32,000 nucleotides of DNA, taken from assembly GCA_031316235.1 (NCBI GenBank), contig JALDRA010000001.1, forward strand, positions 3,420,001 through 3,452,000. Reading direction: 5' to 3'. Position numbers and translations under genes: made by a program. Under the pieces are notes generated by a model, which saw only the letters and a list, made by a program, of their open reading frames with translations, made no database searches and was not told the origin of the DNA. The stretch comes from Candidatus Scalindua sp. GTDB lineage: Bacteria; Planctomycetota; Brocadiia; Brocadiales; Scalinduaceae. Positions 17,457-25,401 of the stretch are shown here, in pieces (within the stretch, counting starts at the first letter, position 1; each line of letters starts with the position of its first letter).

Positions 17457-18704
17457 TTGTTTAAAAAGATATTTATTCCGATCGATAATTCAAGATTTTC
17501 AGAATACTGTTCGGAAATAGGGATAACATTAGCAAGGAAATTTGACTCCGAGGTTATTGGTGGACACGTGTATGCCGCTAATTTACATCACCAGCGATTT
17601 AAGGAGATGGAAAGTGGTTTACCGGTACAGTACCGTAATGAGGAGGAGCTAAAAAAACAGAGAGAATTCCATAATTCCCTGATTGGTCGAGGTCTCAGAA
17701 TGATTTCTGACTCATATCTCGACAAACTCGAAAAGAGATGTAAGGATAATAGCCTACCATTCAAACGGAATTTACAGGAAGGAAAAAATTATATTGAGTT
17801 GGTAAATCAGATTATCGATAATCACTATGATTTAGCAATTATCGGTGTAAGAGGACTTGGGGAAGTGTCTGACAAGGTTATCGGCAGTGTCTGCGAGAGA
17901 GTTGTCAGGCGGATAAATGCTGATGTTCTAATCGTGAAGAACGATAGACCCATTGATGGCAGGGTACTTGTTGCCGTCGATGGAAGCGAACAGTCTTTCA
18001 GGTCGGTTGACATAGCATGTAAATTAGCACAGAATTTTGATATAGAGATCGATGCTCTGTCTGTTTATGATCCTCATTTTCACAGAGTTGCATTTGAAGG
18101 TATTGCAAAGGTGATTTCCGGCGAGATGGAAACTGTTTTTAAATCAGAGGAGCAGGAAGAGCTTCATGACAATGTGATCGATAAGGGGCTGGAGAAAATC
18201 TATCATGATCATCTGCAGGTTACTATTAAGAAAACAAAGGAGTACGGTATTGATATTAAGACAACACTACTTGAAGGAAAATCGTACGATCAGATTTTAA
18301 AGTATCAGGATAAGGTTAAACCTTCGCTTCTGGTGATCGGCCGTACCGGTATGCACACAAACAAGGGTTTGGATCTCGGTAGTGCGACCGAGAACATATT
18401 ACGCTTTGCAGATTGTAACGTTCTTATTACAAAAAATGTCATGGCTGATAACGTCAACCCTTTTTTTGAAAAGATGAAAGAGGATCAGGGAATTGAAAGA
18501 GATGTAACTGTCGCCTCTGAAGTTCGGGAAATTGCATGGAATGAAGATGCAAGATTGTTGATGTCTAAAGTGCCTGCATTTGTAAGAGAAATGGTAAAAA
18601 AAGAAGTTGAAAGTTATGCTTCTAAAAATGCGAAGAGCATTATTACCGGGGAAGTTGTCGAGGAAGCTAAAGCAAAATGGGCAAATGTAATGAACATTTC
18701 CTGA
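17457..18704 (+). CDS. Tandem universal stress protein (USP-USP) fused to a C-terminal PCP_red-like domain
   Basis: TTG start giving MFKKIFIPIDNS. There are two USP-like units (IFIPIDNS...VLIVKN and VLVAVDGSEQS...VIGRTGMH...NVLITKN). The C-terminal EIAWNEDARLLMSKVPAFVREMVKKEVESYA resembles the PCP_red domain. Confidence 0.7.
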   Translation: MFKKIFIPIDNSRFSEYCSEIGITLARKFDSEVIGGHVYAANLHHQRFKEMESGLPVQYRNEEELKKQREFHNSLIGRGLRMISDSYLDKLEKRCKDNSLPFKRNLQEGKNYIELVNQIIDNHYDLAIIGVRGLGEVSDKVIGSVCERVVRRINADVLIVKNDRPIDGRVLVAVDGSEQSFRSVDIACKLAQNFDIEIDALSVYDPHFHRVAFEGIAKVISGEMETVFKSEEQEELHDNVIDKGLEKIYHDHLQVTIKKTKEYGIDIKTTLLEGKSYDQILKYQDKVKPSLLVIGRTGMHTNKGLDLGSATENILRFADCNVLITKNVMADNVNPFFEKMKEDQGIERDVTVASEVREIAWNEDARLLMSKVPAFVREMVKKEVESYASKNAKSIITGEVVEEAKAKWANVMNIS

Positions 18705-18983
18705 TAGTAACCATGTAGTACGTAAATCATACCCCACTGTCTTTTCTCAAACACAAGAAATTACTTTCCATACCAGCAGTGTACAATCATGTTTTTTACG
18801 TCGGCGTCTTTTGTCTTACCCGAACGCTTTTATCGGGTATCCAGAGACCCGTTTCATTATGGATTCCTGCTAAAAACATGCGGGATGACGGTTTTGAGGC
18901 AAATAAGTACGTAAAAACCTGACCGGACAATCTTGTTTCCATACAGAATATACGGTAACAATTTTTATGCAAGGTCTACCAAC

Positions 18984-18997
18984 GAGAGAGAGAGAGA
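18984..18997. repeat. (GA)7 dinucleotide microsatellite
   Basis: GAGAGAGAGAGAGA read directly in the 610-nt noncoding region. Confidence 0.9.
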
Positions 18998-19161
18998 AAA
19001 TGATCTCCCTGATAGCATTTGTTACCTGAAATCTATCGGGATAAATTTGTAAGCCATTGGCGATAACCCCCCGGATTTACCATACCTTCACAATATCCCT
19101 CCATAATAGGGATAGGCCCTGTTTTGTTCATGTGTTGAAAACAGTGGTAATTTTATTTGAC

Positions 19162-19190
19162 TTGAAAGCATATGATCTATATGGTATATA
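19162..19190 (+). promoter_or_regulatory. Candidate promoter for 19315 ORF (TTGAAA - 17 nt - TGgTATATA extended -10)
   Basis: TTGAAA at 19162-19167, TG at 19182-19183 and TATATA at 19185-19190. AT-rich context, so this is only suggestive. Confidence 0.25.
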
Positions 19191-19314
19191 TTTTAAAAAG
19201 TATACAGTAGCGTAAGTCGTTGCATGATTACTTTTTGGAAATCAATGTCTGGGAAATTTTTTTTGGTGTCTGACCTGAAAAAAAGTTAAATTTTATTATA
19301 AGGAGAGGGAAAAT

Positions 19315-19671
19315 ATGGGGAAACTATCGGGCTTTATAGTACTTTTACTGCTTATTTGTTTGCCGATACAGGTAAACTTCAATACTGATGTAGATGCCAA
19401 ACCTTATTCTGAACATAGTGTACCTGCTAAGAGCGGGTTGCTTGTAGCGAGCGTCCTTACATCTGCCGTGTATTTACCGATTAAGTTGACGTATGCCGTG
19501 CTTGGCGGTATTACGAGTGGTTTAACGTATGGACTGACTCTTGGAAAAGAGGCTGAAACGGCAAACAATATTGCAATAAGCTCTTTTTATGGAGATTGGT
19601 ATATTCATCCGAACATTCTAACGAGTGAGGAGGAGCTTAATTTTAGTGGACCTGATGATGTTTCTCCTTAG
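19315..19671 (+). CDS. Small secreted/membrane protein of unknown function
   Basis: AAGGAGAGGGA lies directly upstream of the ATG. The N-terminus is signal-like (FIVLLLLICLPIQV). A Gly/Thr/Leu-rich hydrophobic segment follows (LLVASVLTSAVYLPIKLTYAVLGGITSGLTYGLTLG). Confidence 0.6.
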   Translation: MGKLSGFIVLLLLICLPIQVNFNTDVDAKPYSEHSVPAKSGLLVASVLTSAVYLPIKLTYAVLGGITSGLTYGLTLGKEAETANNIAISSFYGDWYIHPNILTSEEELNFSGPDDVSP

Positions 19672-19833
19672 GATTGAAAAGCTGAGTTGACTATTCTGGA
19701 TGGTATTTGTTGCTTTTTCAGGAGATTTCCGGGAATCAGAATTTTGTATTGATAACGAAATGGACAAACAAAATAGTCACTCCGGCAATAAAAATATAAT
19801 TGATCGGGAACAGACGTTTCCTGTAGACTCTTT

Positions 19834-21681
19834 TTATCTGTCTGACAGTTTCACGAAATCAGGATCGGTCCTGTAATTGGCAAAATCCGGGATCTCCTGT
19901 AAGGAGATCTTGTAGCCAGGATTTAATTGAAGTGCCTTTGACAATGAAAAAAGCATCTCCTCCTTTTCTTTAAGTAAAGAGTGTGAACATGCTTTGTTAA
20001 ACCATGCGGCATCAAATGAGGGGTTGATTTTCAAGGCTTTTTCATATGACTGAATCGCTTCACGATGTTTCCCGGTTTTGTCGAGAATAAGGCCTTTATT
20101 GTTATAGGCTGCAAAAAAATTTCTATTGATCTGAATAGACTTGTCAAAGGAGACTAGTGCTTCTTCTAGTTTTCCAAGGTCTTCAAAAACAAAACCTTTA
20201 TAGTTCCATGCTTCATAAGAACCGGAGTTCAATTTTGTGGCCCTGTCAAATGCCCGTAATGCATTTTGCAGTTTATTAATTCTTACGTTAGCCAATCCCA
20301 AATTCATCCAGGTTGCAAAGGAGTCAGGTATTAACTTTACGGCTTTGTTAAATTCCTCGGATGCCTCTTTGAATTGCTGTACCCTGACAAACGTGAGCCC
20401 TTTTTTGTTCAAAGCCTGGAACTTGATCTTCGCCAGGCGTGGGATCTCGTTCGCCTCGCTATCAGAGATTATTTCTATTGTTCTGTCATATGCTTCAACA
20501 GCTTGTTCAACCTTCCCTGACAAGGCGAGGATTTCTCCTTTTGTATTCCAGGCTTGAGGATAATCATTTTTAAGATTGATAGCTGCATCGACTGATTTCA
20601 GTGCCTCAGGGTATTTCCCGAGCCTGGACAGTTCGAGAGCCTTGTTCGTTAGTGTTTCGTAAGAATCTGGCTGGAGTTTGATGGCATGTTCGTATGCATC
20701 GAGTGCCTCAGTCTGTTTGTTGATACGGGAATAGGCAAGACCCAGATTAGTCCATGCACCGTAAGAACTCGGATCTATATCCAAGGCTTTTTCATAAGCA
20801 ACAATAGCGTCTTCATTCTTTCCTAATTTGTCAAGTGACAGGCCTTTGCCATTCCATGCAGCATAGGAATCAGATTTAAGTTCTATGGCCTTGTTGAAAG
20901 CATTAACAGCTTTCTCATTTTCACCAAGATCGGCTAGTGTAAAACCTTTGTTTGCCCATGCAGCATGTTCCTCTGGTTTTATCTCGATCGCTCTATCGTA
21001 AGCTTTAACAGCATCCTCATACCTTCGAATTCGAACTGCGGCATTCCCTTTGTTAATCCACGCCTCATAATAATCCGGCTTAATGGATATTGCCATATCA
21101 TATGCCGCTATCGCCTCTACTCTTCGTTCGGGAATACGTGCAAGGGTAAGGCCTTTATTATTCCACCCTTCATATGAGTCAGGCCTTAATTCGATAATAC
21201 TTTCGTATGTTTGAATTGATTCATCGTACCTTCCAAGATAGTCAAGTACATTTCCCTTATTAAACAGGGCCTTTATGAAGTCTGGTTTTATCATTAATGC
21301 TGTGTTAAAGCATGAGATCGCTTCCTCATATTGCCTATTGTGATCTAACGCTTTTCCCTTCAGAAACCAGGCATCGTGATTGTCCGGTTCAATGGAAGCT
21401 GCTCTGCTTAACGCATCTATAGCCTCTTTGTATCTCGCAAGATGATCCAGGACTATTCCCTTGTTAAATAATCCCTGAAAGGATTGAGGATTTGTGTTGA
21501 GGGCTTCATCATAAGCTTCAAGCGCTTCATTATATTTCTTCTTAACGACAAGTCTGTTTCCTTTAATGATAAGCATATCGTGTCTGGAATGGTCTTGAGC
21601 GTTTGAATTACTCATACCGAGTAATGTGAAAAATAGCAGTAAAAAGAAGACTCTCTTGTGCATGGTAATTCTCACTTTCAT
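19834..21681 (-). CDS. Secreted tetratricopeptide (TPR) repeat protein
   Basis: GAGG SD lies 8 nt upstream and the N-terminus is signal-like. About 15-17 units of ~34 aa carry the recurring A..AY(D/E).A(I/L)...P....AW.NKG motif. Confidence 0.85.
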   Translation of the reverse strand: MKVRITMHKRVFFLLLFFTLLGMSNSNAQDHSRHDMLIIKGNRLVVKKKYNEALEAYDEALNTNPQSFQGLFNKGIVLDHLARYKEAIDALSRAASIEPDNHDAWFLKGKALDHNRQYEEAISCFNTALMIKPDFIKALFNKGNVLDYLGRYDESIQTYESIIELRPDSYEGWNNKGLTLARIPERRVEAIAAYDMAISIKPDYYEAWINKGNAAVRIRRYEDAVKAYDRAIEIKPEEHAAWANKGFTLADLGENEKAVNAFNKAIELKSDSYAAWNGKGLSLDKLGKNEDAIVAYEKALDIDPSSYGAWTNLGLAYSRINKQTEALDAYEHAIKLQPDSYETLTNKALELSRLGKYPEALKSVDAAINLKNDYPQAWNTKGEILALSGKVEQAVEAYDRTIEIISDSEANEIPRLAKIKFQALNKKGLTFVRVQQFKEASEEFNKAVKLIPDSFATWMNLGLANVRINKLQNALRAFDRATKLNSGSYEAWNYKGFVFEDLGKLEEALVSFDKSIQINRNFFAAYNNKGLILDKTGKHREAIQSYEKALKINPSFDAAWFNKACSHSLLKEKEEMLFSLSKALQLNPGYKISLQEIPDFANYRTDPDFVKLSDR

Positions 21682-21709
21682 TTTATTAACCTCATTATGG
21701 ATTTTGAGA

Positions 21710-21849
21710 TATACTAAAACCGATTTGGTTTTAGATTTTTCTAAAAACCAGAGCCTGGTTGCTGATATCCACGGACAAAAAACACCGAGGACTTTACTCG
21801 CTCCGCTTTATCCCGGATTTTATCCGAAAACCATTATACGATGAGTATA
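21710..21849 (+). repeat. Interspersed structured intergenic repeat, copy B (full length, one hairpin module)
   Basis: TATACTAAAACCGATTTGGTTTTAG...CCACGGACAAAAAACACCGAGGA...CCCGGATTTTATCCGAAAACCATTATACGATGAGTATA. It lies between two minus-strand genes. Confidence 0.85.
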
Positions 21850-21888
21850 CTTCAATTCTTCAAGGAAATTTCTTAAGTGTTTAAATTG

Positions 21889-23382
21889 TCAGGGAGCTGA
21901 GTCTGTTGATTGTTGAACCTCCATAATCTGTTCTATGTAACCATCTTCTATTCTGTAAGGTAAGATATAACCCCGTCTCTTGTCAAGCCTTCCCGTATAC
22001 GTAATCAGATCACCAGTTTTGGTACTCAGGACCTTATCTTTCATCGTGATATTAAAGCATAATTCAACGTCGGTAATGTCTGAATGGCTTACACCCATTC
22101 TCAGTCCACTTACTCTTCCTAATCCTCTGTTTACCACTCTTCCCTGCCATCGGACAAGCTTACCCTGGTACTCCTTCCACAGCTTGTCTTTTTGAGATTC
22201 TGTCAATCTGCTTTTATTACCAAAAATTGCTTCAATTTCTTGAAAAGGTGTCTTGATGAATCCTTCCTGGGTGGTAATTATTTCCAACTCATCTTTCTGT
22301 ATTACCTCTGGTGCCATTGATTCGGCTATTATAATGTCAGTTGTATCCTCTTTCTCTTTATCCGCATCAGCAGAAAAATCTGAATTCGCTTGTGAAGATT
22401 TTTCACCTTTTTTGTCAAGAAGAGACTTCTCTCCAATTTTCTGTATTTCGACATTAACAATACTGCACAAGAGATTTCTTCCAAAAAGTTTTGCCAGTTC
22501 CCCGGTATACGTAATATCGTCTCCTCTTTTAATCAACTCGGCAACATTTTCTTCTATTTTGTCCTCATCAAGGACAAACTCTATGTTTGTTCCGGTTGTA
22601 TGTCTGATTCCGATCCTGTGCAGATTCGTCTTCCCGGAGTTGTTGTACGTGACAATACCTCTCCACAGCACACTTTTCCCTTGAAACTTGTTCCATAATT
22701 TTTCTTTTTGAGCAAATGAGAGGCTGCTGTTTTTTCCAAAAATAGTATCAAGTTCATCAAATGTAAAATCTGCGTTTTCATCAGGGACGTCTCTCCTCTC
22801 ATATGCAGACGTTGATTTATCCTCACTGTTCCTATCAGCAGCTTCACGGGAGTACTCTTTTGAACTGTTATTATGCCGGTTTACAATATATTCTTCCGCA
22901 GAGACACCATTAATCTTTTCGATAGCAGCATCTACGAGCTCAAACATGAGATTTCTGTCAAAGAATTGTGATAATTTTCCGGTGTAGGTAATGATATCCA
23001 TTGAGTTAATCATTCCCACAATCCTTTTCTTGTCGTCATCAAAAAGTATCTCGACATTAGTCCCCAGATTGTGCCTGATGCCGACTCTCTTCCAATCCTG
23101 TTCTCCAATGCCTTTGTATGTGACAATTCCTTGCCATCTCACGTACTTACCTTCATATTCATTCCATAACTCTTCCCTTTGTGCGTCTGAAATTGTTCGA
23201 GTTTTACCAAATATCTTACATAAATCGTCAAAGGATGAATCAATAAGCTCGTATGATGGTATTCTTGTTGAAAAATCAAATTCCTTCAGAAGAGAGGATT
23301 TGTCTTCTTCAGCAAAAATGGAGGTTGATAATGATATGGCTGAAGCGAGAATCACTAAAAGGCAGGATTTTAAAATTTGCAT
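21889..23382 (-). CDS. Secreted protein composed of three ~108-aa internal repeats, unknown function
   Basis: GGAAGGAG SD lies 9 nt upstream and there is a signal peptide. The repeats are at aa 51-157, 208-316 and 380-486. Each reads F..(L/I)..IFGK.S.L..AQ...LW..(Y/F).GK.V.W.G.V...........(I/M)G(I/V).H......E...............GD.ITYTG.L. Confidence 0.8.
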   Translation of the reverse strand: MQILKSCLLVILASAISLSTSIFAEEDKSSLLKEFDFSTRIPSYELIDSSFDDLCKIFGKTRTISDAQREELWNEYEGKYVRWQGIVTYKGIGEQDWKRVGIRHNLGTNVEILFDDDKKRIVGMINSMDIITYTGKLSQFFDRNLMFELVDAAIEKINGVSAEEYIVNRHNNSSKEYSREAADRNSEDKSTSAYERRDVPDENADFTFDELDTIFGKNSSLSFAQKEKLWNKFQGKSVLWRGIVTYNNSGKTNLHRIGIRHTTGTNIEFVLDEDKIEENVAELIKRGDDITYTGELAKLFGRNLLCSIVNVEIQKIGEKSLLDKKGEKSSQANSDFSADADKEKEDTTDIIIAESMAPEVIQKDELEIITTQEGFIKTPFQEIEAIFGNKSRLTESQKDKLWKEYQGKLVRWQGRVVNRGLGRVSGLRMGVSHSDITDVELCFNITMKDKVLSTKTGDLITYTGRLDKRRGYILPYRIEDGYIEQIMEVQQSTDSAP

Positions 23383-23636
23383 AACACGTAGCTCCTTCCA
23401 GCCTGTCCCCCACCCGGACGAAGAGGTCAGGCAGGCATAACATCTACGGATACAGGCCTGACAAACGTTTCCGTCTCAATAACTCAGACGGGTTATGGGT
23501 ACTATCACTTCTTAGATTTACCTCGCAGATTGGTTCACTATAGTTTATACTTGTTAAAAAACTTCTTTTCTGCGTAATCAAATGCTATTGAAAAATTGTA
23601 CCGGAGTCAAGTCTTTTATGTGTGTGTGTTGCTGCC

Positions 23637-25349
23637 ATGGAAAAAGATGTGAAAAGTAATAATGAGTGGCTGCAAAGGATAGGGTTTTTTTCTCTGTTCG
23701 TGTATGCTGGTTTGATGACAGGTTCCGTGTTTATTTTTCCCGGTCCGGGTTACATGTATGCGGATAGTCATAATCGTACAGAGCCGATAGCTTTTCAGTC
23801 AGACAGGGCAGTTACTCACGGTAATGAATTGTTTCAAGAATTATTACAGACTCAGGACGAACAGCTGGATATTGCCCGTATGTCTTTACGTATTGCGCAG
23901 GAAGAGTATCCTTTTATCAATATAGAAAGGTATATCGAATGCATTGACTGGTATGCAAGGGTATTGGGAGTGAGGATTGCCGACAAGAGGGAACCTGAAT
24001 CGGTCATTCAGATTATCAATGATTTTCTTTACTCTGAACTTGGCTTCACTTATGTGAAAACCGGCCATTTAAAGGATATCTATTTAAATGATGTGCTTGA
24101 TAGGAGAGAAGGGAATTGTGTAGGGATGTCGATCCTTTATCTTGCTATAGCAGAGAGATTAGGGCTGCCGCTTTTCGGGGTTAATGTTCCAGATCATATT
24201 TTTGTCAGATATGATGATGGTGAAACAAAAATAAACATTGAGACCGGTCACGAAGGGATATGTTTGAATGACTCCTTTTATGTTGCTCATAGTTTAGAGC
24301 CTTTTGAAGAAAACAGTGTGAAAAATGGCTGTTATTTGAAAAATTTAACGAAGAAGGAGGTCATCTCGAATATTTTCTTAAACCTTTCTAAAACAAGAAG
24401 AAAGGGCGGTCATCTTGAGGAAGCTTTGAGTGATTGTAATAAGTCCATCATTCTTAAACCGAATGATCCAGCTGCCTATTGCAACAGAGGAGTAATCTAT
24501 GAAAAGATGGATATGATTCCTGAAGCAATAAAGAGCTATGGCAAAGCAATATCCCTTAACCAGAAATATGCATCAGCATACTATAATCGAGGCTCCCTCT
24601 ATGGTGTAATAGGAATGATAGATGAGGCGATAAATGATTTTAACAGTGCTATTTTTATCAATCCTGAGTTTACGATATGTTACTTTAACAGGGCGATTGC
24701 TTATAAGAAAACTGGCCAGTTGGAGAAGGCGATACAGGATTACGACAAAGTCATTGAAAATGAACCAAAGAATGCACAAGCGTATTGTAATAGAGGAGTG
24801 GTGTTTGCGGAAAAAGGGATTTTTGACCTTGCGATTAAAGACTTTGATACGGCAATTGATTTAAATCCTAATCTCAGTGATGCATATTTTGCAAGGGCTA
24901 TATTTTTTGCAGATATGGATCAGAAAAAAGAAGCTATTGAGGATTTCAGCAGGTGCATAGATTTGACACCAGACAAAACATTTGTGTTCTATTTAAGAGG
25001 GAAACTGTATGGCCTGATCGGCGATTCTGAAAATGCGATTAGAGATCTCAGTAATGCAATAGCTATTCAACCAGATCTTGCGGGATTATATATAGAGAGG
25101 GGTATTATTTTCTATCAATTAAATAAGCTGGAAGAGGCTATCTCTGACTTTGATAGATCGCTCCTTCTTTTTCCAGGAAACCCGATTGCGTATCTCTACA
25201 GGGGGAAGTCATTTGAGAATGATGGTCAGTTTGAAAAAGCGATTGAAGATTTTGAAGTGTTCCTGAAGATTGTTCCTGACTCACCCGATGCAGATACTAT
25301 TGAAAAGGAAGTTCGTGAATTGAAGCTGTTACCGCAGAGAGTCCAGTAG
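23637..25349 (+). CDS. Membrane-anchored transglutaminase-like (SirB1/Transglut_core2-type) domain protein with C-terminal TPR repeats
   Basis: EGNCVGMSILYLAIAERLGLPLFGVNVPDHIFVRY matches the Cys-containing transglutaminase-like core. About 9 TPR units follow (AYCNRGVIY.., AYYNRGSLY.., CYFNRAIAY..). The ORF-track start is GTG 23622; the first ATG is 23637. Confidence 0.75.
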   Translation: MEKDVKSNNEWLQRIGFFSLFVYAGLMTGSVFIFPGPGYMYADSHNRTEPIAFQSDRAVTHGNELFQELLQTQDEQLDIARMSLRIAQEEYPFINIERYIECIDWYARVLGVRIADKREPESVIQIINDFLYSELGFTYVKTGHLKDIYLNDVLDRREGNCVGMSILYLAIAERLGLPLFGVNVPDHIFVRYDDGETKINIETGHEGICLNDSFYVAHSLEPFEENSVKNGCYLKNLTKKEVISNIFLNLSKTRRKGGHLEEALSDCNKSIILKPNDPAAYCNRGVIYEKMDMIPEAIKSYGKAISLNQKYASAYYNRGSLYGVIGMIDEAINDFNSAIFINPEFTICYFNRAIAYKKTGQLEKAIQDYDKVIENEPKNAQAYCNRGVVFAEKGIFDLAIKDFDTAIDLNPNLSDAYFARAIFFADMDQKKEAIEDFSRCIDLTPDKTFVFYLRGKLYGLIGDSENAIRDLSNAIAIQPDLAGLYIERGIIFYQLNKLEEAISDFDRSLLLFPGNPIAYLYRGKSFENDGQFEKAIEDFEVFLKIVPDSPDADTIEKEVRELKLLPQRVQ

Positions 25350-25401
25350 TATTTTTCATCAGAATATATGGATCATTTTGAACCATATTCAAAAATGACG
25401 G

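Noticed and set aside
18702-18710. Three different stop codons in tandem and in frame (TGA TAG TAA) at the end of the USP-fusion gene
   Set aside because: This is read directly from the sequence but is most simply a chance or back-up stop arrangement. There is no evidence of recoding.
21626-21844. 72-aa ORF here and the 119-aa ORF at 28310-28669 share the C-terminal peptide DFSKNQ...GQKTP.TLLA.L.PGFYPKTIIR, suggesting a small repeated gene
   Set aside because: The shared peptide is only the translation of repeat copies B and C. Copies A, D and E have indels that break this frame. Both ORFs also begin antisense inside real genes.
22253-23440. Plus-strand ORFs of 143 aa (22253-22684) and 149 aa (22991-23440), antisense to the triple-repeat gene
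   Set aside because: The Ser/Leu/Phe/Ile-rich sequences mirror the repeats of the sense strand. The sense gene has a strong SD, a signal peptide and an internally consistent repeat structure.
23471-23500. Interleaved complementarity (ATAAC/GTTAT with CCGTCT/AGACGG on the minus strand) that looked like an H-type pseudoknot
   Set aside because: The connecting loops would be 0-2 nt, which is sterically implausible for 5-6 bp stems. Only the simple hairpin is retained.
25362-25390. Hairpin GAATATATGG-N11-CCATATTC between convergent genes, considered as a bidirectional terminator
   Set aside because: The stem is AT-rich and bulged, with only 8 pairs. No U-tract follows it on either strand.
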